A stretch of DNA of 64,000 nt from Cyanobacteriota bacterium (GTDB taxonomy: Bacteria; Cyanobacteriota; Cyanobacteriia; PCC-6307; Cyanobiaceae), in NCBI GenBank assembly GCA_046052125.1, contig JBJOMY010000001.1, positions 224,001-288,000 on the forward strand, written 5' to 3'. A program made the position numbers and the translations under genes. Every line of letters begins with the position of its first letter. Position 1 is the stretch's first letter. A model generated the notes under the pieces. That model saw only the letters and a list, made by a program, of their open reading frames with translations. It did no database searches and was not told the DNA's origin. Shown here one piece after another: positions 1 through 10,975 of this stretch.

Positions 1-1
1 C

Positions 2-352
2 GTGGAGGAGCGCCTCGAGCAGATCCGCCGCGCCACTTGCCATCTGCCGAACGTGCAGGTGGCCGCCTTCGACGGCCTGACCGTGGATTTCGCCCAGGCC
101 TGCGGCGCCGGCGTGATCTTGCGGGGTCTGCGCGCCCTCAGCGACTTCGAATACGAACTGCAGATCGCCCACACCAACAAAAGCCTGGCCCCGCAGCTGG
201 AAACGTTGTTCCTCGCCACCGCCACCACCCACAGCTTTCTGAGCAGTTCGGTGGTGAAGGAGGTGGCGCGCTTCGGCGGCAACGTTGGTCACATGGTGCC
301 CACAGGAGTGGCAGAAGACCTGGCCAGGCTTTTTAATCAGTCATCCCCTTGA
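2..352 (+). CDS. coaD: phosphopantetheine adenylyltransferase (5' truncated by window edge)
   Basis: [19 protein letters not shown] and [15 protein letters not shown] motifs of PPAT. Confidence 0.95.
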   Translation: MEERLEQIRRATCHLPNVQVAAFDGLTVDFAQACGAGVILRGLRALSDFEYELQIAHTNKSLAPQLETLFLATATTHSFLSSSVVKEVARFGGNVGHMVPTGVAEDLARLFNQSSP

Positions 353-361
353 TCCTCCGTG

Positions 362-1300
362 ATGGCTGAGGCGCAGCTCACTTCCGTGCTCGACCAGCTC
401 GATCAACTGGAGGAGATCGTGTTGGACGGCACCCGCGTGCCCTTCAGCGGCGGTCGCCTGGTGAATGAACAGGATGCGATCGAGTTGATGGATGCGGTGC
501 GTGAGGCACTGCCACCGCAGCTGGCCCAAGCCGAAGAGCTGGTGGCCAAGCGGGACGACTTCATCAACCAGGCCCGCCAACAGGCCGAAGAACTCCTGAA
601 TCAAGCCCGCCAACAGCGGGAGCAACTGATCAACAGCCAGAGCATCCGCCAGGAAGCGGAACGCCAGGGCGCTGAGCTGCGTGAGCAGGGCCGCCAACAG
701 GGTGAACAGATGCTCGCCCAGGCCCGGCAGCAACTGGCCAAGACCGAGCAGGAGCACCAAGGGCGCCTGGCTCAAATGGAGCAGCAATACAGCCAGCGCC
801 GCCAACAGCTGGAACAGGAGGCGCTGCAACGCCGCCAACAGCTCGATCAGGAAGCGCTTGAACTCAAGCGTCAACTGGGCGAACAACACGAGCAGCTGCG
901 CCAGCAGAGCCTGGCCGAGCTGGAGAAGATCCGCCAGGAGGCCCTGCGCCTGCAGCAGAGCAGCCAGGCCGAAGCGGAGCGTCTGCAGGCCGATGCGCTG
1001 CAGTTCCGCCAACAAACCCAACAGCAGTGCGAGGCTTTGATCAGCCGCACCCGCCAGGAAGCCGCCACGATCCAGGAGGGTGCCAACCGCTACGCCGAGC
1101 AGGTGCTCAGCGAGCTGGAGGGCCGCCTCAAGGAGATGGGACAGGTGGTGGTGGCCGGCCGCCGCGAGCTGGTGCGGCTGCAGGCGGTGGATCCCACAAC
1201 CCTGGTGCAGCAGGGCCGCTCAGCAGAAGAGCAGGCCGTGCCGATCAGCCGTGCCCGGCGCGCCGCCGAGCGGCTCAAGCGCGCCGCCGGCCAGGGCTAA
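362..1300 (+). CDS. DivIVA-like/Cdv3 coiled-coil cell division protein
   Basis: N-terminal LDQLEEIVLDGTRVPFSG...LPPQLAQAEE; long Gln-rich coiled coil; GANRYAEQVL; directly follows coaD as in cyanobacteria. Confidence 0.7.
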   Translation: MAEAQLTSVLDQLDQLEEIVLDGTRVPFSGGRLVNEQDAIELMDAVREALPPQLAQAEELVAKRDDFINQARQQAEELLNQARQQREQLINSQSIRQEAERQGAELREQGRQQGEQMLAQARQQLAKTEQEHQGRLAQMEQQYSQRRQQLEQEALQRRQQLDQEALELKRQLGEQHEQLRQQSLAELEKIRQEALRLQQSSQAEAERLQADALQFRQQTQQQCEALISRTRQEAATIQEGANRYAEQVLSELEGRLKEMGQVVVAGRRELVRLQAVDPTTLVQQGRSAEEQAVPISRARRAAERLKRAAGQG

Positions 1301-2574
1301 AGCGCTGGGCAGAGTCCGGCCACCCGGCTCTGCCGCAGGATCTCCCCGATCGTGCTGTTCGGGGAGCCAGCCCCGTTCGACACCATGCTCAGGTAGCGGA
1401 CCCCATCGGGGGTTTCGAGCACGCCACTGATCGAGCGCACACCGCTGATCGTGCCCGTTTTGCCGCGGAAGCGGCCATCCAGCTCCGTACCCCGCCAGAG
1501 GCTGCGCAGAGTGCCCCGCTGTCCGGCGATCGCCATCGAGGCCATGTAGTCGTTGGCGTAGGGGTGCTCAGCCATCCGCAGCAACAGTCCCGCAAGCAGG
1601 CGACTGGTCACGCGATTGCTGCGATCCAGGCCGCTGCCGTCCACCACATTCACGCCGGCCATCGGCAGCCCTTGTGCGGAGAGCCACTGCATGGCTCGCT
1701 GGCGGGCCTGGCTGAGCTCCCAGCTGCCGGTTCCCTGGCGCAGGAGCACTTCAGCGGTGAAGTTGTGGCTGTCAGTGTTGGCCAGGCTGAGCAGGCCATG
1801 CATGCCCACCGAACGCTCTTCATGGAGCAGCGTGGCGGTATCGGTGTTGGCGGCCGTTACCGGCACCAGGCGAATGGCAGCACTACCCCCCTGGCGCTTG
1901 ATTTCCTGGCCGAGCAGGGTTTGCATCCGCGCCGGCGGATTGCTCACCGCCATGTCGAGCGCATTGCTGGTGAGCGCCAGGCGGGTGATCGGAGCGCCAT
2001 AGGCCTCGGCCCGATCGGTCCAGTGCCAGCCCTGGGGCCACCAGCGCTGCTGTGGCTCCTCCAGCAGCTGGATGCTCACGGAGCCTCCGGGCTCACCACT
2101 GCTCCCTCCGGAGCCCAGGGCGAGCTTGGCGAAGCGCTTCAGCTGCGCGAGATCAAAATCCGGATCACCCTCTCCGGTGATCTGCAGGGTGCCATCGGGC
2201 TGGCGCCAGAGCCGCGTCGTCAGCCTGTAGTCGGGGCCGAGCCGATCGAGGGCGATGGCCGTGCTGATCAGCTTTTGGTTGGAGGCAGGAATGCGCGGGC
2301 GGGTGCCGTTGATGTCGGCCAATAGACGGCCATTGGCATCCGCCACCGACACGCTCCAAACCGCCTCTTCAGCGCCGACGGCCGCACGAACCCGCTGTTG
2401 CAGAGCCGGGCAGCTCACCTGCTGCTGCAACTGAGGCAGACCAACCGGCGGCGGTGTCGCCGGCAACGAACTGGCTGCCACGGTGGGCACCTCTGGCCCC
2501 AGCTCCAGGGCCTGGAGCGGCAGGCTGAGGCTCAGGGGCAGCGCCGCAGCTGCCAGCAACAGGCGTTTCGCCAT
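1297..2574 (-). CDS. dacB: D-alanyl-D-alanine carboxypeptidase/endopeptidase (PBP4, peptidase S13)
   Basis: PASNQK (SxxK), SHN (SxN), GKTGT (KTG), DGSGL; N-terminal signal peptide. Confidence 0.92.
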   Translation of the reverse strand: MAKRLLLAAAALPLSLSLPLQALELGPEVPTVAASSLPATPPPVGLPQLQQQVSCPALQQRVRAAVGAEEAVWSVSVADANGRLLADINGTRPRIPASNQKLISTAIALDRLGPDYRLTTRLWRQPDGTLQITGEGDPDFDLAQLKRFAKLALGSGGSSGEPGGSVSIQLLEEPQQRWWPQGWHWTDRAEAYGAPITRLALTSNALDMAVSNPPARMQTLLGQEIKRQGGSAAIRLVPVTAANTDTATLLHEERSVGMHGLLSLANTDSHNFTAEVLLRQGTGSWELSQARQRAMQWLSAQGLPMAGVNVVDGSGLDRSNRVTSRLLAGLLLRMAEHPYANDYMASMAIAGQRGTLRSLWRGTELDGRFRGKTGTISGVRSISGVLETPDGVRYLSMVSNGAGSPNSTIGEILRQSRVAGLCPAL

Positions 2575-2575
2575 C

Positions 2576-3091
2576 TCAGGAGCGACCCACCTGCAGGCCG
2601 GTCACCGAGCCGATCACCCGGAAGTTGCTGCCTTCCAGTTCCACAGGGGCCCCGATCTTGAGGTTCTGGTTGCCAAACACCACGCCGTCGGCACCCTTGC
2701 GGCCCTCGCCCTGGAGCACGAAGCGGGCATCCAGGGTGGGGAAGGTGCTCTGGTTGGGATCAGGGGCGCTCACCACCTTGCCGTCGGGCAATACAGCCGA
2801 GAGGCGGCGCTGCAGCGGAATCACCTGATTCACCGCCACGCTGCCGTGGGGTTGATTGCGAATCACGATGGCCACCTTGCCCGCCTCACGGGCGGCATTG
2901 ATCACGCTGTCCGCATTGGCCACAGCGATGCCGCGCACGTCCACCATCACCGTGACGGGCACAAGGCCGCCGGTGGCCCGAGCGACTGCTCCGCTCAACT
3001 TGGGACTCCAGATCACCCCCGCGGCCGCCAGTAGCACCGCCGCAGCGGCTCCCGCATCCACCAGCGAGAAACGACGGGAGGATTCAGCCAT
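2576..3091 (-). CDS. DUF4330 family membrane-anchored protein
   Basis: N-terminal TM helix; IVIRNQPHG and C-terminal KIGAPVELEG patterns. Confidence 0.7.
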   Translation of the reverse strand: MAESSRRFSLVDAGAAAAVLLAAAGVIWSPKLSGAVARATGGLVPVTVMVDVRGIAVANADSVINAAREAGKVAIVIRNQPHGSVAVNQVIPLQRRLSAVLPDGKVVSAPDPNQSTFPTLDARFVLQGEGRKGADGVVFGNQNLKIGAPVELEGSNFRVIGSVTGLQVGRS

Positions 3092-3142
3092 GGAGCAACA
3101 GCAGACACCGAACTGTAAGGAGCGTGTTCGGTGCAGACAAGC

Positions 3143-3778
3143 TCAGGCGGCCGCCTCTTCCAGGGCCTCCAACTGCTGCTCCCGATCGGGCCGGCTCTCA
3201 AAGCTGCAGATGTTGCGATAGCCATCGGGATCGCGCCGATAGAACTGCCAGTCCTCGGGGAACACCCGGCGCAACGCGCCTTCGGCGGTGGGGATCAAGC
3301 CGTAGGCGGCCTGCCACTCCGCCAGGAAGCCCTTGCGCCGTTCACGGGCCACGGTGCCGATGCCGATGGCGGCGTCTTCGAGGCGGCCGTTGATCATCAC
3401 CAGCGGGCCGCGGTGCTGGGCGCAGAGGTTTTCCACCTCTTCGTAATCGGCTGGTGTGGGAGCGGCGAGCAAAACAAGCCCGTCGCTGCCGCCATCGGCC
3501 TGCTGCAGCCGCAACAGATCACCAAGCCCGAGCAACTGGGCTGCCTGCTCGGGAGCATCGCGCTTGGCAAGTGCGGTGGCACCGGCATCCGGGAACAACA
3601 GCCGCGCCTCGGGCCGCTGCGGCGTGAGCGCGGCCAGCAGCCGCAGGGCCACCGGCAGGATGCGCAGCCCCTCAAAGCGAAACTCCACAGTCCAAAGACC
3701 CTTGGCCTGGCTGACCAGGGCCGCCTGCACGGCTGCGAGGGCCTCAGTTTCGGCGCTGCGCAGGTCGGCGGGGAGCAT
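3143..3778 (-). CDS. DUF1995 family protein
   Basis: FPDAGATALAKRD, NGRLED, GALRRVFPEDW patterns. Confidence 0.75.
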   Translation of the reverse strand: MLPADLRSAETEALAAVQAALVSQAKGLWTVEFRFEGLRILPVALRLLAALTPQRPEARLLFPDAGATALAKRDAPEQAAQLLGLGDLLRLQQADGGSDGLVLLAAPTPADYEEVENLCAQHRGPLVMINGRLEDAAIGIGTVARERRKGFLAEWQAAYGLIPTAEGALRRVFPEDWQFYRRDPDGYRNICSFESRPDREQQLEALEEAAA

Positions 3779-3802
3779 CGGTGAGGGGCGAATCGGGCGA
3801 CC

Positions 3803-4996
3803 TTAAAGCGCTGCACGGGCCCGTTCGAGGGCGGGGGGCAGTTGCTCGAGCAGCTCGCTGCTGTGCCAGGGGCCAAGACTGACGCGCAAGCCGGCGCCGG
3901 CAGGCCCGTTGGCGTAGCCCATTGCTGTGAGCACGGGGCTGGCTCCGGCCAGGCCGCTGCTGCAGGCCGAGCCCGAACTGCAGGCGAAGCCCTCACGCCA
4001 GAGCGCTTGTACCAGGCGCCTCCCCTGCACCCAGGCACCATTGCGGTCCTGCACCACCACACTGAGGTGATGCGGCAGCCGCTGGGGATGGCTGGGCTCG
4101 CTGGGATCCGGGCCGCTGAGCTCCACACCCGGCAAGACCAGAACTCGGTGCAGCAAGGCATCCCGCAGCGGTGCCACGGGATCGCGGCCGCCGTGTGCCG
4201 CCAACCGCTGCGTGCAGAGCTGCAACGCCGCTTCAAAACCGGCCACCAATGCCACCGGTTCAGTACCGGAGCGCATCCCGCCTTCCTGGCCGCCGCCACC
4301 GATGCAGGGCTGCACCTCCACACCGTTGCGGATCACCAGGGCGCCTACCCCGCGGGGACCCTGGATCTTGTGGGCCGCCAGGCTGAGAAGATCCACCGGC
4401 AACTGGGCCAGGGCAACCGGCTGATGGCCGATCACCTGCACCGCATCCACATGCAGCAGCACCCCGGCCTGGCGGCAAAGATTTCCAATCGCCTCCAGGG
4501 GCTGAATCGTGCCCACCTCGCTCTGGCCCCACACCAGCGACACGAACCGGGTGGGAGGCACCAGCCAATGCTCGAGCGCCTGCAGATCCACAGCGCCAAC
4601 GCGATCCACTGGCAGCTCCTGCACTTGCCATCCGCGGCGTTGCAACGCCTCAGCCGCCGCACGGGTGGCCGGGTGCTCCACCGCTGAGATCAACAGCCTG
4701 GGGGCTTCGGCTCCAGCGGCCTGCTCCAGCGGAGCAGCCGCACCCAGCAGCGCCAGATGAATCGATTCACTGCCGCCCGACGTAAACACCAACTGCTCTG
4801 CCTCGATGCCAAGCAACGAGGCGATCCCCTGCCTGGAGCGCTCGAGCTGCTCAGCTGCTGCCAAGCCAAAGCCGTGGAGGCTGGAAGGATTCGCCCAGGC
4901 TTCCACCTGAGCCGCCGCCATCGCCGCAGCCACCTCGGGCGCCAACGGTGTGGTGGCGCAGCAATCGAGGTAGCGGCTCTGCGGCAGCGAGGCCAT
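3803..4996 (-). CDS. iscS: cysteine desulfurase (IscS/NifS, class V aminotransferase)
   Basis: YLDCCATTP, ANPSSLH, FTSGGSES, DAVQ, AHKIQGPRG, SSGSACSSG. Confidence 0.92.
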   Translation of the reverse strand: MASLPQSRYLDCCATTPLAPEVAAAMAAAQVEAWANPSSLHGFGLAAAEQLERSRQGIASLLGIEAEQLVFTSGGSESIHLALLGAAAPLEQAAGAEAPRLLISAVEHPATRAAAEALQRRGWQVQELPVDRVGAVDLQALEHWLVPPTRFVSLVWGQSEVGTIQPLEAIGNLCRQAGVLLHVDAVQVIGHQPVALAQLPVDLLSLAAHKIQGPRGVGALVIRNGVEVQPCIGGGGQEGGMRSGTEPVALVAGFEAALQLCTQRLAAHGGRDPVAPLRDALLHRVLVLPGVELSGPDPSEPSHPQRLPHHLSVVVQDRNGAWVQGRRLVQALWREGFACSSGSACSSGLAGASPVLTAMGYANGPAGAGLRVSLGPWHSSELLEQLPPALERARAAL

Positions 4997-5001
4997 GGCG
5001 A

Positions 5002-6222
5002 TCAGCCGCCGAGGCCGCTATCCCGCTCGAAGCGCGCGCGGGTGCGGGATTCAAGGGTGTTGGTGGCCAGGGTCACCAGATCATCGAGGGAGCTGCCGCT
5101 CAACAGAGCCGCCACCCGAGCCCGCGCTTCTGCACTCGGGCAGTTGTCGGGGCGAATGCAGCCGTTGGTGCACACGCTGGCGCAATCGATCTCAGGAGCT
5201 GCGGCAACGGCGGGCGCGGCTGCAGGCGCCGCTGCCGGAACTGCGGTCGGCGCGGTCGCGCTGGCTGGGGCGCTTCCAAACGCGTCCGACCCTTCAGCCG
5301 CCAGGCGGCGTGCCTCGGCCACAGCGCGCGGATCGGGAATCAACGCATCGAACACGTGCTCGGCCGGTCCGTCCATAAACACCTTGCCGCTCTCGGCGTC
5401 CCAATGGATCTGCAGCGGACCACCCGGCAGATCCACCCGAGCCCGGCGATCGCAGAGGCCCAGGCTGTGGCTGGCCACCAGCGTGGCGCAGGCGCCCGTG
5501 CCGCAGGCCAGGGTGGGGCCAGCGCCCCGCTCCCACACGCGCATCACCAGGTGATCGGGGGCCAGCACCTCCACGAAATGCACGTTTGTCTTGGCGGGGA
5601 AGGCGGGATGCAGCTCGAACTGGCTGCCAAAGCGATCCAGATCGATCTCTTCCACCGCAGGCACCGGGATCACCACATGGGGGTTGCCCATGCCGGCGGC
5701 CGCCACGGCAAAGCGCTCTCCATCCACCTCCAATTCACCCTGGGGCAGGCCCGCTTCTCCCACCGGCAGGGTGGTGGGCACCTGCTCGCTCTGCAGGAAG
5801 GGAGCGCCCATGTCCACGCGGATCGTGCCATCGGGCAGCAGCTCCGGCACGATCCGGCCCGCCAGGGTGTCGATCTGCCAGGTGCGGCCGGGGCCATCGC
5901 CATCGCGGTCCGCCAGGAAGCGGGCCAGGCAACGGATGCCGTTGCCGCACATTTCCGGCTCGCTGCCATCGGCGTTGAAGATGCGCATCCGCAGCTCGCC
6001 ACCGTTGTTGGGGGGCAGGGCGAGGATCACGCCATCGCCACCCACACCGAAGCGCCGGTCGCACAGCTCCACCACCAACTCGGGCGTCAGACCGAAGACA
6101 AACTCCGAATCAGCGGCACCACGGCCATCGAGCATCAGGAAGTCGTTGCCCAACCCCTGGTATTTGCTGAAGCTCAGCTCAGCGGCCAGGGTGCTGAACA
6201 GGCTCTTGCTGGGGGTCGACAC
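5002..6222 (-). CDS. dapF: diaminopimelate epimerase with C-terminal Ala/Pro linker and Cys-rich extension
   Basis: FSKYQGLGNDF, NADGSEPEMCGNGIRC, GNPH, ERGAGPTLACGTGAC. Confidence 0.95.
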   Translation of the reverse strand: MSTPSKSLFSTLAAELSFSKYQGLGNDFLMLDGRGAADSEFVFGLTPELVVELCDRRFGVGGDGVILALPPNNGGELRMRIFNADGSEPEMCGNGIRCLARFLADRDGDGPGRTWQIDTLAGRIVPELLPDGTIRVDMGAPFLQSEQVPTTLPVGEAGLPQGELEVDGERFAVAAAGMGNPHVVIPVPAVEEIDLDRFGSQFELHPAFPAKTNVHFVEVLAPDHLVMRVWERGAGPTLACGTGACATLVASHSLGLCDRRARVDLPGGPLQIHWDAESGKVFMDGPAEHVFDALIPDPRAVAEARRLAAEGSDAFGSAPASATAPTAVPAAAPAAAPAVAAAPEIDCASVCTNGCIRPDNCPSAEARARVAALLSGSSLDDLVTLATNTLESRTRARFERDSGLGG

Positions 6223-6266
6223 GCGCGGCAGCCTGCCTGTGCAGGCATGAGGTTGAGGCCGATCCT

Positions 6267-6506
6267 ATGGGGAGCAGCACGGACAACAGAGCCCCCCAGT
6301 TCGACACCTCCCAGCCGGGAATCCGGCAGTTCCAGAGCTGGATCCGGGAGCGCACCCCCCTGGCGATCCAGCTGCTGGATGGCTCCGGTGTGAATGGTGT
6401 GCCCCGCTGGGTGGATGCGGAGTACCTGGGGCTCGAGCCGGCCAATGGCGGCGAGCTGATCCTGGTGGCCCGTCAGGCCATGGCCCTGATCCGCCCCTTG
6501 CTGTAG
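6267..6506 (+). CDS. hfq: cyanobacterial Hfq-related Sm-fold RNA-binding protein
   Basis: [17 protein letters not shown]...IQLLDG...RWVD...AMALIRP resembles cyanobacterial Hfq; located beside dapF and leuS. Confidence 0.8.
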   Translation: MGSSTDNRAPQFDTSQPGIRQFQSWIRERTPLAIQLLDGSGVNGVPRWVDAEYLGLEPANGGELILVARQAMALIRPLL

Positions 6507-6547
6507 CTGGGCTGTGGGAGCATCGGCCCATCGCAATCCAGCCGTCC

Positions 6548-9193
6548 GTGAGCGAGAGCAGCCGCTACCAACCCCAGGCGATCGAGACCGGCTGGCAACG
6601 GGCCTGGCGAGAGAACGGCCTGCATGACACGCCGGAGCTGAAGCCCGGCGACGACGCTTTTTACGCCCTGTCGATGTTCCCCTATCCCTCGGGGAACCTG
6701 CACATGGGCCATGTGCGCAACTACGTGATCACCGATGTGGTGGCGCGGGTGCAGCGGCTGCGCGGCAAACAGGTGTTGCATCCGATGGGCTGGGACGCTT
6801 TCGGCCTGCCGGCGGAGAACGCGGCGATCGAGCGCGGTGTCGACCCCGGCGCCTGGACCGACCAAAACATCGCCTCGATGCGCGAGCAGCTCAACCAGCT
6901 GGGGCTCTCCATCGATTGGGATCGCGAGGTGGCCACCTGCCACGGCGATTACTACCGCTGGACCCAGTGGCTGTTCCTGCAGTTCCTGGAGTCAGGGCTG
7001 GCGTATCAGAAGGACGCCACGGTCAACTGGGATCCGATCGATCAGACCGTGCTCGCCAATGAGCAGGTGGATAGCGAGGGGCGCTCCTGGCGCTCCGGCG
7101 CCCTGGTGGAGAAACGCAAGCTGCGCCAGTGGTTCCTAAAGATCACCGACTACGCCCAGCAACTGCTCGACGACCTGAGCAAGCTCGAGGGCTGGCCGGA
7201 GCGGGTGCGCACGATGCAGGCCAACTGGATCGGCCGCAGCACCGGCGCCGAACTGCAGTTCACCGTGGTCGACGCAGCCGGCAACGACACAGCCGAGCGC
7301 ATCACCGTGTTCACCACCCGGCCGGACACGATCTTTGGCGCCTCCTATGTGGTGCTGGCACCGGAGCATCCGCTGGTGGCGCAGCTCACCACGGCTGACC
7401 AGGAGATTGCGGTGGAGGCGTTCTGCGATCTGGTGTCGCGCCAGAGCGAGCAGGAGCGCACCGCGGAGGACAAGCCCAAGCGCGGCGTTGCCATCGGCGC
7501 CCAGGTGCGCAACCCCGCCAACGGCGAGCTGATTCCGATCTGGATCGCCGACTACGTGCTCGCCGACTACGGCACCGGCGCCGTGATGGGGGTTCCCGCC
7601 CACGACCAGCGCGATTTTCTGTTCGCCCGCCAGTACGAGTTGCCGGTGCAGCAGGTGATCATTCCGGAGGGCAGCGATGAGCACGCCTTTGAAGGCGGCG
7701 CCTGGACCGAAGCCGGTGTGCTGGTCCACTCCGGCCGCTTCGATGGGCTCCCCAGCGGCGAGGCCAAGCAGGCGATCACCGCCGCCGCAGAAGCCGAGGG
7801 CTGGGGCCGCGAGAAGGTGCAGTTCCGTCTGCGCGACTGGCTGATCTCGCGCCAGCGCTACTGGGGCTGCCCGATCCCGGTGATCCACTGCGATAGCTGC
7901 GGCGTGGTGCCCGTGCCCGCCGATCAGCTGCCGGTGGAACTGCCCCGCGATGTGGCGTTCAGCGGCAAAGGCGGTTCACCCCTGGCACAGCTGGAGAGCT
8001 GGGTGACTGTGAACTGCCCCTGCTGCGGCAAGCCCGCCAAGCGGGAGACCGACACCATGGACACGTTCATGTGCTCCAGCTGGTACTACCTGCGCTATAG
8101 CGACGCCAGCAACACCAGCTTGCCCTTCAGCAAGGAGGCGGTGAACAACTGGCTTCCTGTGGATCAATACGTGGGCGGCATTGAGCACGCGATCCTGCAC
8201 CTGCTCTACTCGCGCTTCTTCACCAAGGTGCTGCGCGATCGCGGGCTGCTCAGCTTCGACGAACCCTTCACCCGTCTGCTCACCCAGGGGATGGTGCAGG
8301 GCATCACCTACAAGAACCCCCACACCGGTAAATACATCGCTCCGGCGGATGTCGCCGACCCCACCGATCCGCACGATCCAGCCACTGGCGACGTGCTGGA
8401 GACGTTCTACGAAAAGATGTCGAAGTCGAAATACAACGGCGTGGATCCCGCCGTTGTGATCGACAAGTACGGCGCCGACACGGCCCGGATGTTCATCCTG
8501 TTCAAGGCCCCCCCGGAAAAGGATCTCGAGTGGGACGACGCGGATGTGGAAGGCCAATTTCGCTTCCTGCAGCGGATCTGGCGCCTGGTGGATAGCGCCA
8601 GTGAACGCGGCCTAAGCTTGGCCGCGGGAACCGGTGGACCCGAGGCGGTGGCCCAGGCCCTGGCCGCCGGATCGCTGAACCCTGCCGAACAGGAGCTGCG
8701 CCGGGCGGTGCACACGGCCATCACCGAGATCAGCGACGACCTCGATGGCGACTACCAGTTCAATACCGCCGTGTCGGAGCTGATGAAGCTCAGCAACGCC
8801 ATGGGCACGCATCTCGAGGGCAGCGCTGATGTGTTCGCCTGCGAAGCCCTGCGCACACTGCTGATCCTGCTCGCCCCATTTGCTCCGCACCTGGCGGAGG
8901 AGCTCTGGCTGAAACTCGGCGGCCGCAACGCCGGCGATGCCCTGGCCGGCAGCAGCATCCACGCCCAGCGCTGGCCCAGCGCCGATGCCACGGCCCTGGT
9001 GCGCGACACCGTGCCGCTGGTGATTCAGATCAAGGGCAAGGTGCGCGGAAACCTTGAAGTGCCCGCCGATGCCGACAAGGCCACCCTGGAAAAGTTGGCT
9101 CTCGAGAGCGACATCGCCGCCAAGTGGCTGGAGGGCAAAGCCCCCAGCCGCGTGATCGTGGTGCCGGGCAAGCTCGTGAACCTGGTGCCCTGA
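6548..9193 (+). CDS. leuS: leucine--tRNA ligase
   Basis: [13 protein letters not shown] (HIGH), KMSKS, TTRPDT editing domain, [15 protein letters not shown]. Confidence 0.98.
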   Translation: MSESSRYQPQAIETGWQRAWRENGLHDTPELKPGDDAFYALSMFPYPSGNLHMGHVRNYVITDVVARVQRLRGKQVLHPMGWDAFGLPAENAAIERGVDPGAWTDQNIASMREQLNQLGLSIDWDREVATCHGDYYRWTQWLFLQFLESGLAYQKDATVNWDPIDQTVLANEQVDSEGRSWRSGALVEKRKLRQWFLKITDYAQQLLDDLSKLEGWPERVRTMQANWIGRSTGAELQFTVVDAAGNDTAERITVFTTRPDTIFGASYVVLAPEHPLVAQLTTADQEIAVEAFCDLVSRQSEQERTAEDKPKRGVAIGAQVRNPANGELIPIWIADYVLADYGTGAVMGVPAHDQRDFLFARQYELPVQQVIIPEGSDEHAFEGGAWTEAGVLVHSGRFDGLPSGEAKQAITAAAEAEGWGREKVQFRLRDWLISRQRYWGCPIPVIHCDSCGVVPVPADQLPVELPRDVAFSGKGGSPLAQLESWVTVNCPCCGKPAKRETDTMDTFMCSSWYYLRYSDASNTSLPFSKEAVNNWLPVDQYVGGIEHAILHLLYSRFFTKVLRDRGLLSFDEPFTRLLTQGMVQGITYKNPHTGKYIAPADVADPTDPHDPATGDVLETFYEKMSKSKYNGVDPAVVIDKYGADTARMFILFKAPPEKDLEWDDADVEGQFRFLQRIWRLVDSASERGLSLAAGTGGPEAVAQALAAGSLNPAEQELRRAVHTAITEISDDLDGDYQFNTAVSELMKLSNAMGTHLEGSADVFACEALRTLLILLAPFAPHLAEELWLKLGGRNAGDALAGSSIHAQRWPSADATALVRDTVPLVIQIKGKVRGNLEVPADADKATLEKLALESDIAAKWLEGKAPSRVIVVPGKLVNLVP

Positions 9194-9202
9194 GGCAGGG
9201 CC

Positions 9203-10807
9203 TCAGTCGTGGGTGAACACCAGCGATTCGGGCTTGCCCCAATCGCCGCGCGCATCAATGTGGCGGCGGTTGGCGCAGAGGTGGCGCAGGATCCAATAGA
9301 GCGGCTCGGCTGACGGCAGGCCCATCAACTCCTGCAGCTCCGCCAGGGTGTGCTCACGTTTGTGCCCCATCGCCTGCTCGAGGCGGGCCTGCAGATCGAG
9401 CAGGGCAGCGGCGGCTTTCTTGCCAGCCTCCACGCCGGGCTGGTGGTAGGCATTCACGTTCACCAGCTCGCCGTAGTAGCCCACGGCGCGCTCAAACAAG
9501 GCGATCAAGGCGCCGAGGCTGCGGGCGTCCAACTTCTGCATCGTGATGCTGAGGTTGAATCGGCCTTCGTCGGTAAGGGCTGAGCGGGTGCCCTGCAGGA
9601 AGCCATCGAGGAAGTCACCAGGGTTCTCGCCTTCCAAAGGCGGGATATCGCCGGGGTCTTCGAGCACCTCGATGAAGGTCACGAAGTAGTTGTCCACGCC
9701 ATCGCGCAGTTGTTGCACGTAGGCGTGCTGGTCAGTGGAGCCCTTGTTGCCGTACACGGCAATGCCCTGGTGCACCAGGTTGCCGTCGCGATCGAGCTTC
9801 TTGCCGAGGCTCTCCATCACCAGCTGCTGGAGGTAGCGGCTGAACACCTCGAGGCGATCCCGGTAGGGGAGCACCACCATGTCGCGCTGGCCTTTGCCAC
9901 CACCAGCGTTGTACCAGGCGGCTGCCAGTAGGGCGGCCGGGTTGCTGTCGAGGGTTGTCGCCGAGCGGGTCACCTGATCCATCTCGCCGGCACCGGCCAG
10001 GAAGGCGCGGATGTCGGAGCCGATCAACACGCCGGGGAGCAGGCCAACGGCGCTGGTGATGCTGGTGCGGCCGCCCACCCAATCGAACATGTCGAAGCGG
10101 GCCAGCCAGTCGCCCTGCTGGGCATCCGTGTCGAGGCGGCTACCGAGCATGGTCACGGCCACGGCCTGTTTGATCCAGGTGCCACCGGCGGCCTCCACAG
10201 CGCGGCGGGCCTGAAGCATGCCGATGTGAGGCTCCGGTGTACCGCCGGACTTGCTCACCACGATCACAAGAGTGGTTTTGAGCCGCTCACCCAGGGAGGC
10301 GAGGGTGCGGCGCATGCCGTCGGGGTCGACGTTGTCGAAAAAGTGGAAGGGCAGGCCGGCACCGGGATCCTGCAGGGCGCGGATCATCAGCAGGGGGCCC
10401 AGACCAGAGCCGCCGATGCCGATCCAGAGCACGTCGGTGAAGCGGGTACCGCTGGAGGGCCCGATCGAGCCGTTCAGCACATCGCGGCCGAAGGATTCGA
10501 TGCGATCAATCTCCGCCTGGATGTGCGCACCGCTGGCCGGATCTGGCGCCAGCTGGGGATTGCGCAGCCAGTAATGGCCCACCTGACGCTGTTCATCGGC
10601 GTTCGCGATGGCACCGGCTTCCAGATCGGCCATGGCCTTGAAGGCCTTCTCGAAGCGTGGCCGCAGGCTGCTGAGCACCGACTCATCGAGCCCCATCCGA
10701 CTGACGTCGAGCCAAAAGCCGAGACTGGAGTCGTGCCAGAGCAGAGAACAGAACCGCTGCCACTGGCTGTTGGCGTCAACGCCGGGAGCGGAAGCGGTGG
10801 GAGTCAT
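9203..10807 (-). CDS. pgi: glucose-6-phosphate isomerase
   Basis: IGIGGSGLG, SKSGGTPE, VGGRTS, QQLVMESLGK, HQPGVEAGK. Confidence 0.97.
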   Translation of the reverse strand: MTPTASAPGVDANSQWQRFCSLLWHDSSLGFWLDVSRMGLDESVLSSLRPRFEKAFKAMADLEAGAIANADEQRQVGHYWLRNPQLAPDPASGAHIQAEIDRIESFGRDVLNGSIGPSSGTRFTDVLWIGIGGSGLGPLLMIRALQDPGAGLPFHFFDNVDPDGMRRTLASLGERLKTTLVIVVSKSGGTPEPHIGMLQARRAVEAAGGTWIKQAVAVTMLGSRLDTDAQQGDWLARFDMFDWVGGRTSITSAVGLLPGVLIGSDIRAFLAGAGEMDQVTRSATTLDSNPAALLAAAWYNAGGGKGQRDMVVLPYRDRLEVFSRYLQQLVMESLGKKLDRDGNLVHQGIAVYGNKGSTDQHAYVQQLRDGVDNYFVTFIEVLEDPGDIPPLEGENPGDFLDGFLQGTRSALTDEGRFNLSITMQKLDARSLGALIALFERAVGYYGELVNVNAYHQPGVEAGKKAAAALLDLQARLEQAMGHKREHTLAELQELMGLPSAEPLYWILRHLCANRRHIDARGDWGKPESLVFTHD

Positions 10808-10975
10808 CAGGAGGCCAGATCGAGCGGGCGCAAAGCGAACCTATCTGTGAAATCCCAGTTGGCAAAGCCTTTTTGAGGTCGAGCCCGAGAAATCGCAAGA
10901 CTGATGCGCGACTGTGTGGACAAGAACACAGCTGCACCCTGATCCATCCTTCGAATTGAGCAAGCTTCGTAAGAT

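Noticed and set aside
560..1060. Gln/Glu-rich quasi-repeats (cagcag/caacag)
   Set aside because: Coiled-coil coding sequence of the DivIVA-like gene, not a CRISPR or DNA repeat element.
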